From IMG/VR virus record IMGVR_UViG_3300032227_000395, positions 1 to 34,868 of that record: a stretch of DNA of 34,868 nt. The stretch is one strand, 5' to 3'. This stretch comes from a virus. Its lineage: Duplodnaviria > Caudoviricetes. Positions 23,001 to 32,071 of the stretch are shown in pieces. The notes below the pieces were generated by a model that had not been told where the DNA came from, made no database searches, and worked only from the letters and a program-made list of their open reading frames with translations. A program made the translations under genes and the position numbers. Numbering within the stretch: the stretch's first letter is position 1; every line of letters begins with the position of its first letter.

Positions 23001-25921
23001 TGGCTGAAAAGGTAATTGGTTTTAAAATCCAGATAGAAGGATTAGTGGGAACGATTGAAACGGCAACGCAATTAAAAAGGCAGATAGCCGATATAAATGC
23101 TGAGTTAAAAAAGACGGCGGACGTTGACGAAATCAAGAAACTTGAAAAAAAGTTAGTTGATTTAAAAGCCGCTCAGTCACTTGTTAACGATGTTACAAGG
23201 GAACAAGTAAAGCTAAGAAAGGAAGAAATCGCTGGCATCGATAAAACCGAAGGGGCTTACCGTCGTTTGTCAAAGGAATTAAATGACCAACGAAAAAGAT
23301 ACAAAGATTTAGCGGCGGCGGAACAGGAATCAAGTCAGGAGGCAAGGGATTTAATCGTTTCCATTGACGCTTTAGATAAAAAACTAAAGGGAATTGATGC
23401 GACCGTAGGGCAATTTCAAAGGAATGTAGGTGGTTATACTCAGGCATTGGGTCAATTTTTCCCGAAACTTGGTGGAACATTAGGACAAGTTACGGGTGTA
23501 ATCGGTGGTTTATCCCAGGGGATTACAGGGTTAAGCGCAACGACAGGAGCGTTTAATAAATCTTTAGGGGCTATTGGTATTGCATTAACCGTGTTTAGTG
23601 GAATAAGCGAAATATTTCAAAGTATAAATGAATCAGTAGCAGAAACTAAAGAACTATCTAATCAGGTGGGCGCTTTCACGGGGGCAACTGGAAACGTATT
23701 AAGTGACTTTGTAAGCAAGTCAAAAGCAATATCAACGACATATAAAAAGGATGTCAATGAGATAACCGTTGCAGCCAATAGCGCAAGTAAAGCATTGGGA
23801 ATAAGTTTTAGCGAGGCTTTAGATGCTGTTGAAATAGGATTCAGAAAGGGCGCGGATTCAAACGGCGAATTTTTAGACAATCTCAGGGAATATCCAACGC
23901 AATTTGCAGCCGCTGGATTAAGCATAAAAGATTATTTAGCAATTGCAATTTCAGCAGCTAATCAGGGTATTTATTCAGACAAAGGATTAGACGTTGTAAA
24001 GGAATTTGGATTAAGAATTAGGGAGCAAACAAAGACTTCAAAGGATGCTTTAGTCGGGGCTTTTGGCGAAGAATTTACAGGGGAATTATTTGAGAATTTA
24101 AATAACGGCTCAATCACAACCGCCGAAGCTTTAGCGCGTGTTAGTGGTAAAATGGGTGATACCTCGGTGGCAGGGAATAAATTACAAACGGTAATTGCAG
24201 ATGTTTTTGGCGGTGCTGGTGAAGATGCAGGATTGGCTTACATTTTATCATTAGAAAAAATATTAAAAAATACAGACGAGGTTACAAAGTCAACTAATAA
24301 ATACCAGACGCAACAAGAAATATTATTTCAAACCAATTTAGAATTAGAACAAAGTCAGTCGGAACTAAATGAATCATTTACAAAATTTGGTGGAGAATTT
24401 ACCATTATCTCATCAAAGGCTAAAATATTCTTTAATAACTTATTAGGCGGTTTAATTGATTTTGCAAATGAATTTCCAGCAACCTTAAAAGCTATGGGTG
24501 CTGGATTGACAACTTTTTTTACAACTGGAAATATATCACAGGCTTTAAAAGTTAATAGGGATATATTTAGAGCCGAAAAACAAAAGATAGATAAGGAGGA
24601 TAAATTAGCGATTGAGAAAGCGGAAAAAGATAGGATAGCACTTGAAAAGCAAAACGCCGAAGAACAGAAAAAAAGATTAAGAGCGCAAAATAAGGAATTA
24701 AATACAGCAGCATACAAAGGAGGTCAGGAAGCAGGAAAAGAATATGCAGAAGGTTCAATCGCCGCTTTAGAAAATGAACGCGGTAAATTACAACAGGCTT
24801 TCTCCAACGCCGTAGTTGGTTCTGGAACACAAAAGGAATTGGCGGTAAAATTAAATGCAATAAATAATCAAATCAAAGATGCGGTTGAACAACAAAATCA
24901 AATATTAGCGGATGCATCAAGAGGTAATTTATTAAACAATTTAAAAAATGCCGAACAACTTGCGACATTACCATTAACTACAAAGCCTCCAGAGTTATTA
25001 AAAAAAGAGGTTGAAGATATACAAAAGGTTTTTAAAGAGGTTACAAAAAATGCAGATGACTTCAGAAAAGAGCAAAAGGAAAAAGAAGAACAGGATTTAG
25101 AAGAAAGAGCTAAAAGGATTGAAACCTATTTGCAAGCCGCCACATTAGTTACAGATTTATTTTCCACCATCCAGCAAGCGAGGTTTAAAAAAGATGCTGA
25201 CATTTTAAATCAGGAAATACAAAAGACTGAGGAAAATATTACATTACTTGAACAGAAAGCGGAAAAAACAAGCGGATTAAGAAAGAAACGATTATTAAAA
25301 GAAATTGAAGCAGAAAAAATATTACTTGACGCAAAAACAAAGCAAGCCGAAGAGCTCCAACTAAAAGCCGCAAAAGCTGAGAAGAAAATAGCCATTGCAC
25401 AATCAATAATTCAAGGCGCTTTAGCCGTTAACCGTGCTTTAGCTGTTCCTCCTGGACCGCCTTTTACTATTGGTTCAGCTATAACCGCTGGTGTTTTTGC
25501 GGGAATACAAACTGCCACAATTATTGCCCAGCCTCTTGCTGAGGGTGGCGTGGTAACAGGGCAAAGGGTTAATCAAAAACAAAATATACCTACTCGTTCA
25601 AACGGTGACAATGTCCTTGCTTACGTTAAACGCGGTGAGGTTGTATTGAACCAACGGCAACAAAGTTTATTAGGCGGATCTCCGACGTTTAGGCGAATAG
25701 GAATCAAAGGTTTTGCAGAGGGTGGCATGGTTCCTCCAATTTCTGCACCAATACAAGGCATGAGTATTGACTCAGGAATGTCAGGGTATTTAAAAGCAAT
25801 TGAGGCAAAGACCGACGCAATAAATAATAGAATTGACAGGCTTCAAGCCTACGTCGTTTCGGACGATATTGCAAGAGATTTGGCTGAGGGTAATAAACTA
25901 AAAGTAAAAGCAACTTTATAA
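23000..25921 (+). CDS. tape measure protein
   Basis: 973 aa, coiled-coil; QRNVGGY, LREY..QF, DKG.D.VKEF.LR, ADVFGGAGED, AEGG..GEVVLN. Confidence 0.9.
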   Translation: MAEKVIGFKIQIEGLVGTIETATQLKRQIADINAELKKTADVDEIKKLEKKLVDLKAAQSLVNDVTREQVKLRKEEIAGIDKTEGAYRRLSKELNDQRKRYKDLAAAEQESSQEARDLIVSIDALDKKLKGIDATVGQFQRNVGGYTQALGQFFPKLGGTLGQVTGVIGGLSQGITGLSATTGAFNKSLGAIGIALTVFSGISEIFQSINESVAETKELSNQVGAFTGATGNVLSDFVSKSKAISTTYKKDVNEITVAANSASKALGISFSEALDAVEIGFRKGADSNGEFLDNLREYPTQFAAAGLSIKDYLAIAISAANQGIYSDKGLDVVKEFGLRIREQTKTSKDALVGAFGEEFTGELFENLNNGSITTAEALARVSGKMGDTSVAGNKLQTVIADVFGGAGEDAGLAYILSLEKILKNTDEVTKSTNKYQTQQEILFQTNLELEQSQSELNESFTKFGGEFTIISSKAKIFFNNLLGGLIDFANEFPATLKAMGAGLTTFFTTGNISQALKVNRDIFRAEKQKIDKEDKLAIEKAEKDRIALEKQNAEEQKKRLRAQNKELNTAAYKGGQEAGKEYAEGSIAALENERGKLQQAFSNAVVGSGTQKELAVKLNAINNQIKDAVEQQNQILADASRGNLLNNLKNAEQLATLPLTTKPPELLKKEVEDIQKVFKEVTKNADDFRKEQKEKEEQDLEERAKRIETYLQAATLVTDLFSTIQQARFKKDADILNQEIQKTEENITLLEQKAEKTSGLRKKRLLKEIEAEKILLDAKTKQAEELQLKAAKAEKKIAIAQSIIQGALAVNRALAVPPGPPFTIGSAITAGVFAGIQTATIIAQPLAEGGVVTGQRVNQKQNIPTRSNGDNVLAYVKRGEVVLNQRQQSLLGGSPTFRRIGIKGFAEGGMVPPISAPIQGMSIDSGMSGYLKAIEAKTDAINNRIDRLQAYVVSDDIARDLAEGNKLKVKATL

Positions 25922-26185
25922 ATGTGCAACTGTATGAAAGGAAATAGTATTTGGGGTGAACTTGCATCGCGTATTCCCGATGAATATAAAACGCAAGTCA
26001 TGGCAACGGTTGACAGGACTTACAGGGTTTTATCTATTGACCCGTCGGATATGGACTATTTATTTCATATTTATAACAACTTTGTAAACAACTATGAACC
26101 TGAAAGAAGAAACTGTCCAGCCTGTCGGACAAAGGTGGTTGGTAAAATGAGGCAAATAGTACAATTTTGGCGCGATGAACAATGA
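25922..26185 (+). CDS. Cys-rich hypothetical protein
   Basis: MCNC..CPAC. Confidence 0.7.
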   Translation: MCNCMKGNSIWGELASRIPDEYKTQVMATVDRTYRVLSIDPSDMDYLFHIYNNFVNNYEPERRNCPACRTKVVGKMRQIVQFWRDEQ

Positions 26186-26528
26186 GAAAAATAATATTGA
26201 TAAGGAATTATTAATTGAATTTCAAGAAAGCATATTGGATAAATTTAAGGCGTTATGCGAAAAAGATAAGATAAGACCAGACTTTTATACACTTATTGAT
26301 TTCCTTTATCAAACCAATGTTATTAAGGATTTAACCATTGCGAAATTTATGGTAATGGAATTATATCCAGCTGCCTTATTTGAAAATGAAAGTAAAATGA
26401 ATGCCATTTTAGATATTAGCATTCGAACAGGATTGAGCGAGAAAACCGTGTATAACATGATACAACATCCTGAGTCGTTTGGCTATGCAATCAGCAAAAA
26501 AAGGAATAAGAAAAATAATAATAAATAA
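26175..26528 (+). CDS. HTH DNA-binding protein, possible late regulator
   Basis: C-terminal AILDISIRTGLSEKTVYNMI. Confidence 0.6.
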   Translation: MNNEKNNIDKELLIEFQESILDKFKALCEKDKIRPDFYTLIDFLYQTNVIKDLTIAKFMVMELYPAALFENESKMNAILDISIRTGLSEKTVYNMIQHPESFGYAISKKRNKKNNNK

Positions 26529-26537
26529 ATTTACTGC

Positions 26538-27917
26538 ATGACATACGCTGATTATCCAGACACGGCAAAGAATAACGCAAGGAAAGCGTTAAATCATAAG
26601 AAGGACAATGGTTCATCTTGCGGTACTCGGGTCGGCTGGTTAAGGGCTAATCAAATCGCAAACGGCGAAGGATTAAGCGAAGATACTGTACAAAGAACAT
26701 ACAGTTTTCTTTCACGCGCGGAAACTTATGACCAGGGGAAATATTTTGACAAAGATGGGAATGAAATTTGCGGCTCAATCATGTTTGACGCCTGGGGAGG
26801 TTCTGCAATGAAGGTTTGGGCTGAGGCAAAGTTTAAAAAGATTGAAAGGGAAAAGGAAACCAAAGCGATGGCAAAATTTAATATTGATATTTTAGGGGAA
26901 ATTTCGGAATCTGTTAATTCATACAAATCAGTAAGAAGTAAAATTAACGACGCAAAGGGTGAGGAAATTAACTTGGTGATTTCGTCTGGCGGTGGCTCAG
27001 TCACTGAAGGAATGGGAATAGCTGATTTAATTGCCAATTATCCAAACGAAACAACGGCAACGGGAATCGGCTTGGTAGCAAGCATTGCAACGGTTGTACT
27101 TTTGTCGGCGGATAAAGTGAAAATGACTGAGAACGCTTTTTTAATGATTCACAGACCTTGGAGTTATACAATGGGTAACGCCGACGAACTTGAGGCAACA
27201 GCTGAATTATTGGATAAGATGGAAGCAAAGTTACTTGATATTTATACCGCTTCGGTTTATAAGCGTAAAGGATACCAAAATAACCTTAACGAAAATATCA
27301 CAAAAATGATGGCGGCCGAAACATGGATGACCGCTCAGGAAGCTTTAGAGTTTGGATTTATTGATGAAATTGTAAAAGTTGGCGAAAAAAATATTGATTT
27401 ATTACCGTTGCAAAATAGCCTAAGCAAATTTCTAAATGTCCCAGCTGCATTATTAATCAACAACAAAAAAGACGATGACATGGGTAATTCCATTTTAGAA
27501 AAAATTAAAAATCTGCTTAACGCCGTCGATGAAAAAGTCGAAAATGTTATGACAGAAGAAGAGGTAATAACCGAAGAACCTAAAAACGATGAAGTTGAAA
27601 TGGCTATTACAATGCTTAAAGATTTAGGATACTTTGTAATGAGTCCTGAGGAAATGGACGCAATCCATACTAAGCAAAAAGAGGAGATGGAATCAATGTA
27701 CAAAAAGACCGATGAACAAAAGAACTCAATTAATGAGATTGAATCGGTTCTGGAAACATTGGGAAATGAATTGGTAGCATTAAGGGCGCAAGTAAAAAAA
27801 GGCGTTGGACTTCCTTCTGGTGGTTCAGCACATGAAAAGGTAAAAGAAACAAAAGCAAAGGCAAATCACTTTGATGCTTTTGCTTCATTAGTTCAATCTA
27901 AAATTTCACAAAGATAA
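26538..27917 (+). CDS. ClpP-type prohead protease with extra N-terminal domain and C-terminal scaffold
   Basis: ISSGGGSV, GLVASIAT (Ser), LMIHRP (His), AETWMTAQEALEFGFIDEI; acidic coiled-coil tail. Confidence 0.9.
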   Translation: MTYADYPDTAKNNARKALNHKKDNGSSCGTRVGWLRANQIANGEGLSEDTVQRTYSFLSRAETYDQGKYFDKDGNEICGSIMFDAWGGSAMKVWAEAKFKKIEREKETKAMAKFNIDILGEISESVNSYKSVRSKINDAKGEEINLVISSGGGSVTEGMGIADLIANYPNETTATGIGLVASIATVVLLSADKVKMTENAFLMIHRPWSYTMGNADELEATAELLDKMEAKLLDIYTASVYKRKGYQNNLNENITKMMAAETWMTAQEALEFGFIDEIVKVGEKNIDLLPLQNSLSKFLNVPAALLINNKKDDDMGNSILEKIKNLLNAVDEKVENVMTEEEVITEEPKNDEVEMAITMLKDLGYFVMSPEEMDAIHTKQKEEMESMYKKTDEQKNSINEIESVLETLGNELVALRAQVKKGVGLPSGGSAHEKVKETKAKANHFDAFASLVQSKISQR

Positions 27918-28381
27918 TGTCAACAGCAAATGTAAATGGCTTTCTTGATTCAAATACTTATGTAGGTCAAAAAGGTCTTAATCGCACAAACCCGTATGCA
28001 AATGCTCAGGGAATAAACGCGGAGCAATTATACGGTATTGATACCTTTACAACAAGGATACCCGTATCATTTACCTATGGAACTGCCTCGGCAGGCGCTC
28101 GTTTGAACTTTGCACCTTTGACGGGTGTAACAAGTGCATCGGATTTTTACAAGGTTAACGTAATTGACGAATCAGGTAACGAGGCTTATTCTAACTGGCA
28201 ATCTTCAGCACCAACGGCAATCTTACAAATAAATACCTCAGCATTAGTAAAAGGTAATGATTGGAAGGTTTTATTTGGCACGGCAACAACAGCGGGAGCA
28301 AAAACAGAATTTTCATTTGTTATCGAAGATTCATTGGTTATGACCAATACTTCGGCAACAATTTCTTATCCTAATCTTTAA
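27917..28381 (+). CDS. putative capsid decoration/structural protein
   Basis: T/S/A-rich, beta-like, between the protease and the capsid gene. Confidence 0.5.
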   Translation: MSTANVNGFLDSNTYVGQKGLNRTNPYANAQGINAEQLYGIDTFTTRIPVSFTYGTASAGARLNFAPLTGVTSASDFYKVNVIDESGNEAYSNWQSSAPTAILQINTSALVKGNDWKVLFGTATTAGAKTEFSFVIEDSLVMTNTSATISYPNL

Positions 28382-28393
28382 AATTAAAAACAA

Positions 28394-29377
28394 ATGGCAT
28401 CAGTTGAAATAAGCCAATTAGACGTATCATTTAGAGGTACTGAGGCAAATAATATATTTTTAGAACCAGTCTTTTTTGATGATGATTTACGCGGTCAATT
28501 CCGTGTACTTGGCAACGTCGCGAATAAAAAGAAAATGGTTTTCGTTCAGCAATTAGAGAATATTGTTAGAAAATATTCTGGTTGCGGATTTAATCCCGTT
28601 GGCGCGGTTGACATTTATCAGCGTACAATCGACGTTGAAAAAATGAAGGTGGATTTAGAAATGTGCTGGGACGAATTTGAAGACACTGTTTTTGAAGAGT
28701 TATTAAAAACAGGAACAAGGCTTCCAGACATTTCTGGAACTTTGATTGAAAATATCTTATTAACCCGTGTTCAACAGGCGATAAGAAATGACATCACCCG
28801 TTTATCTTACTTTGGTGACCAGTCTTCCAATAATCCTAACTTTGATTCTTTAGACGGATTTTGGACTGTTTACTACCCTCAGTTAGTGGCAGACGATTTA
28901 GTACCACGTGCAAACACGGGCTCAGGTACAAACCTTGCGGCTGGTGACGGTTTCGCAATCCTTAGAGATGTTTATGACCAGGCTCCTTTACAATTAAAAG
29001 GTTTACCTGCTAACCAAAAGGTATTTAATGTTACGCAAAGCGTTTATTCACAACTTCGTGAAGACATTGAGAACGGCGGCGGCGGTGATTACGGTTTACT
29101 TCAGTTGATTAACGGAGTTGAACAATTCACCTTTAGAGGCGTAACTGTTATACCTCAATTCCGTTGGGACGATATTGCAACGTCTTTAGGAACTGTAAAG
29201 CCTCATTATGTGGAATATACAACTCCACAAAACAAGGTACTTGCAACCGACGTGTTAAGCCCTGAGACGGCTTTAGAACTTTGGTACGACCAGAAAGACG
29301 AAAAGGTATATATTAAGGCTCGTTTCAAAATGGGTGTTAATTATATTCACCCTTCTTTAATCAGCTTAGGCTACTAA
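28394..29377 (+). CDS. major capsid protein
   Basis: 327 aa; SGCGF.P.G.V....R.I.V, FDSLDG, terminal KARFKMGVNY; follows the protease. Confidence 0.8.
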   Translation: MASVEISQLDVSFRGTEANNIFLEPVFFDDDLRGQFRVLGNVANKKKMVFVQQLENIVRKYSGCGFNPVGAVDIYQRTIDVEKMKVDLEMCWDEFEDTVFEELLKTGTRLPDISGTLIENILLTRVQQAIRNDITRLSYFGDQSSNNPNFDSLDGFWTVYYPQLVADDLVPRANTGSGTNLAAGDGFAILRDVYDQAPLQLKGLPANQKVFNVTQSVYSQLREDIENGGGGDYGLLQLINGVEQFTFRGVTVIPQFRWDDIATSLGTVKPHYVEYTTPQNKVLATDVLSPETALELWYDQKDEKVYIKARFKMGVNYIHPSLISLGY

Positions 29378-29386
29378 ACCAAAAAC

Positions 29387-29935
29387 ATGAGTAGTATAAC
29401 AAGCGGTTGGCTTAACCAATGTACGGATGGAACTTGCGCTGGTGGTATTGGTAAATTTTACATTGCCAATGCTAATCAAGTGACAGGCATCACTAATAAC
29501 GCATCGGGAGCAACCACGGCGATAACAATGGTTTCATCGGCAGCCGTATTTTACGAGGTGGAATTTAGGGACAATTCAGGAGCATTCACGGAGACCGTGA
29601 CGCAAGACCCAGATACTTTGTCGGTTGCAATTGAGCAAAGTTTGGTAGGGATTATAAATTGCCGTGACCAAGAATTAAGAAACTTGATTCAAGATATGTC
29701 AGGACAGGCTTGCGGTTTGGTTTGCGTTCACGTTGAAAATACAGGGCTATATTGGATTTGGGGAGCTGAGGTTATTGGAGCAAAAAAGAGACCAGTAAGG
29801 CTTACAAGTGCTGAAGGTTTATCGGGTGCTTTGTTTACTGATTCAAATCAAGAGACATTGACATTAACTTGCAGAACGACAGAAAAAGCAAGGTTCATTG
29901 TTAATGGAGCAACCGTAATGGCTGCACTTGATTAA
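29387..29935 (+). CDS. major tail tube protein
   Basis: C...AGGI..FYI, FYE.EF, YWIWG, SG....D.N..TLT pattern. Confidence 0.7.
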   Translation: MSSITSGWLNQCTDGTCAGGIGKFYIANANQVTGITNNASGATTAITMVSSAAVFYEVEFRDNSGAFTETVTQDPDTLSVAIEQSLVGIINCRDQELRNLIQDMSGQACGLVCVHVENTGLYWIWGAEVIGAKKRPVRLTSAEGLSGALFTDSNQETLTLTCRTTEKARFIVNGATVMAALD

Positions 29936-29945
29936 AATATAAATT

Positions 29946-30170
29946 ATGATAGTACGCGAAAAAAGTAAGCTAATGATTTACGTTGGTGCAGACCCAACGG
30001 GAAAAGCGGGAATACTAAAGAAGGCTATCGGAAATTTTACACAGGCAGAACTAAGGGGTTGGTATAATGCCAACCCCAAGTCTGTTAGCCAGCATGTTAT
30101 TTTTACGCCTGAGAAAAAAACCTATGAGCCAAATAAAGAAGACGATTCAAGCGACGCCAAACAGGGCTAA
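29946..30170 (+). CDS. hypothetical protein
   Basis: 74 aa, TQAEL..WY. Confidence 0.6.
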   Translation: MIVREKSKLMIYVGADPTGKAGILKKAIGNFTQAELRGWYNANPKSVSQHVIFTPEKKTYEPNKEDDSSDAKQG

Positions 30171-31551
30171 AAGAAATTTAAAAAGAAATAATAGTCCTTT
30201 ATTGGCTTCGGTTACTTTAGATACTTCTAACACTATGTTAGTGGCAGAAGATATTTTTAATGAACCGTCACGCGAAAGACTTGATTTTACAGGGGCTAAA
30301 TGGGTTAGATTTTTTACCCAGAAAGATGACTTTCTTAAAAGTCTTATTGCCATTGTTAATAATTCCCCAACGCTTAGGCGTATCATTGAGGACAAAGTAA
30401 ACATGGTTGTCGGTGACGGATTTATTCCAATGAAAGGAAAATCCAACACCTTGCTTACAACATCAATGAAGGGTGAGGTAATAAGGGACGATTCTTTAAA
30501 TGAGATTGAGCAAGTTATTGGGCAGGTTAATCTACATTCACAAAACTTGCAAGAGGTTTTAGGTTCATTGGCTTTTGATTACGATGCTTTTGGAAATTGC
30601 TTTGCAGAAATTGTACGCGGCAAAGTTGGTAATGAACCATTTACTTATATTTACCATGTTCCTGTTTATAACATTGGGATACGAAAAGCCGAAGCAGATC
30701 AGATTATCCGTTCCGTTGGTATTTACGACAACTGGGAGGAGGTACCACTTACAACCGAGGGTACTTATTACGAAAGGGAAGGATTTAGGGAAATACCAAT
30801 TTATCCAGAGTTTAAGAAATTAGAAGACGGAACGGAGCGTTCAATTATTCATGTAAAACAATACGCGGCTGGTTATTTCTACTTTGGTTTACCTGAGTGG
30901 ATTGGCGCCAAAATGTGGGCGGAGATTGAATACAGGATTCAAAGATTTAATACAAGTAAATTTGAAAATGGCTTCATGCCTTCAGGTATTTTACAATTCT
31001 TTGGTTCAATGACATCTGCGGAAGCCAAAAGCCTTGTTGAAGGCATTGAGGCAAAGTTTACAGGAATGGGAAATAATCACAAATTATTTGTTCAGGTTCT
31101 TAGAGATGAAAAATTAAAAGCAAATTTTATACCCACGTCAAAAGAAAATGAAGGTGAATTTTTAAATTTGCAAAACCTTGCAGCTTCAGCAATTGTGGTG
31201 GCTAACCGTTGGAGTAAGTCCTTAGCGGGTTTTGCAACTTCGGGGCAACTTGGAAGCAATCAGCAGATAAGGCAAGAAATGGAATACTTGCAAAATACGG
31301 TAATTAAGCCGCGTCAAAATCTAATGCTTTCAAAGATTATCAACCCTTATTTAAAAGAAATTGGGCTTTATAATTCAGCATTCACAGATGTTTCGTTTGG
31401 GATTTCAAACACTTTGCCCGTGTCTTTCATGGGTGAAATAAAGGTGGAAGAAAACCTTTCAATAAATGAAAAAAGAGAAATATTAGGCTACGCGCCCTTA
31501 GAAATAGAACAACCAACCCCAACGAATGAGCCAATTAATACAACCGAGTGA
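30124..31551 (+). CDS. portal protein
   Basis: NSPT...I..K...V.G.G, DY.AFGN, YFGLPEW, FENGF.PS, FTG.GN, INEKRE.LGY; start 30124 preferred over 30067. Confidence 0.88.
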   Translation: MSQIKKTIQATPNRAKRNLKRNNSPLLASVTLDTSNTMLVAEDIFNEPSRERLDFTGAKWVRFFTQKDDFLKSLIAIVNNSPTLRRIIEDKVNMVVGDGFIPMKGKSNTLLTTSMKGEVIRDDSLNEIEQVIGQVNLHSQNLQEVLGSLAFDYDAFGNCFAEIVRGKVGNEPFTYIYHVPVYNIGIRKAEADQIIRSVGIYDNWEEVPLTTEGTYYEREGFREIPIYPEFKKLEDGTERSIIHVKQYAAGYFYFGLPEWIGAKMWAEIEYRIQRFNTSKFENGFMPSGILQFFGSMTSAEAKSLVEGIEAKFTGMGNNHKLFVQVLRDEKLKANFIPTSKENEGEFLNLQNLAASAIVVANRWSKSLAGFATSGQLGSNQQIRQEMEYLQNTVIKPRQNLMLSKIINPYLKEIGLYNSAFTDVSFGISNTLPVSFMGEIKVEENLSINEKREILGYAPLEIEQPTPTNEPINTTE

Positions 31552-32071
31552 AGTAATAGCTGGAGGGGTTGCACGTCCAACGCCAGCAGATATAAGGCTT
31601 GATAAAACGCTTATCAGCTCACATATTCAAGATGCCGAGTTCCGTTGGATTGTTCCAGCTATTGGCTTAACCTTGTATGATGCAATGGTGGCTCAAAAGG
31701 GAACAAGTACCGCGTTTACCTCAGCGGTTTATCAACAACTTTGGGATAAACAATTAAAATCATTTTGTGCAAACGCCGTTTTATATGAGGCAGCGCCGTA
31801 CATGGTCATGCAGCTTGGTTCAAACGGTTTATATACTTTGGATAACGAGTATGGGCAAAATGTCGGGGTTGAAGGATTAAAATTTTATCAAGATACTTTG
31901 TTACAAAGGTTGGACGTAAAGAAAAAAAGAATTAAAGATTTCCTTTGTTCTTGCGCCACATCTTATGCGGCTTTTATTCCCAGTGCCATTGGTTGTCCTG
32001 AGGCAACTTGTTACGGTGACGAAGAGGAACAAATCTTAGATATTTATAACACAATGGGAATAGTTTTATGA
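31526..32071 (+). CDS. putative head-tail adaptor
   Basis: I.DA....I.P.IG..LY pattern, directly after the portal. Confidence 0.6.
   Translation: MSQLIQPSEVIAGGVARPTPADIRLDKTLISSHIQDAEFRWIVPAIGLTLYDAMVAQKGTSTAFTSAVYQQLWDKQLKSFCANAVLYEAAPYMVMQLGSNGLYTLDNEYGQNVGVEGLKFYQDTLLQRLDVKKKRIKDFLCSCATSYAAFIPSAIGCPEATCYGDEEEQILDIYNTMGIVL

Noticed and set aside
23193-27703. Numerous antisense ORFs within the tape measure and protease genes (also 737-937, 7040-7285, 13138-14430 and similar)
   Set aside because: Fully nested within well-supported genes, with shadow-frame composition.
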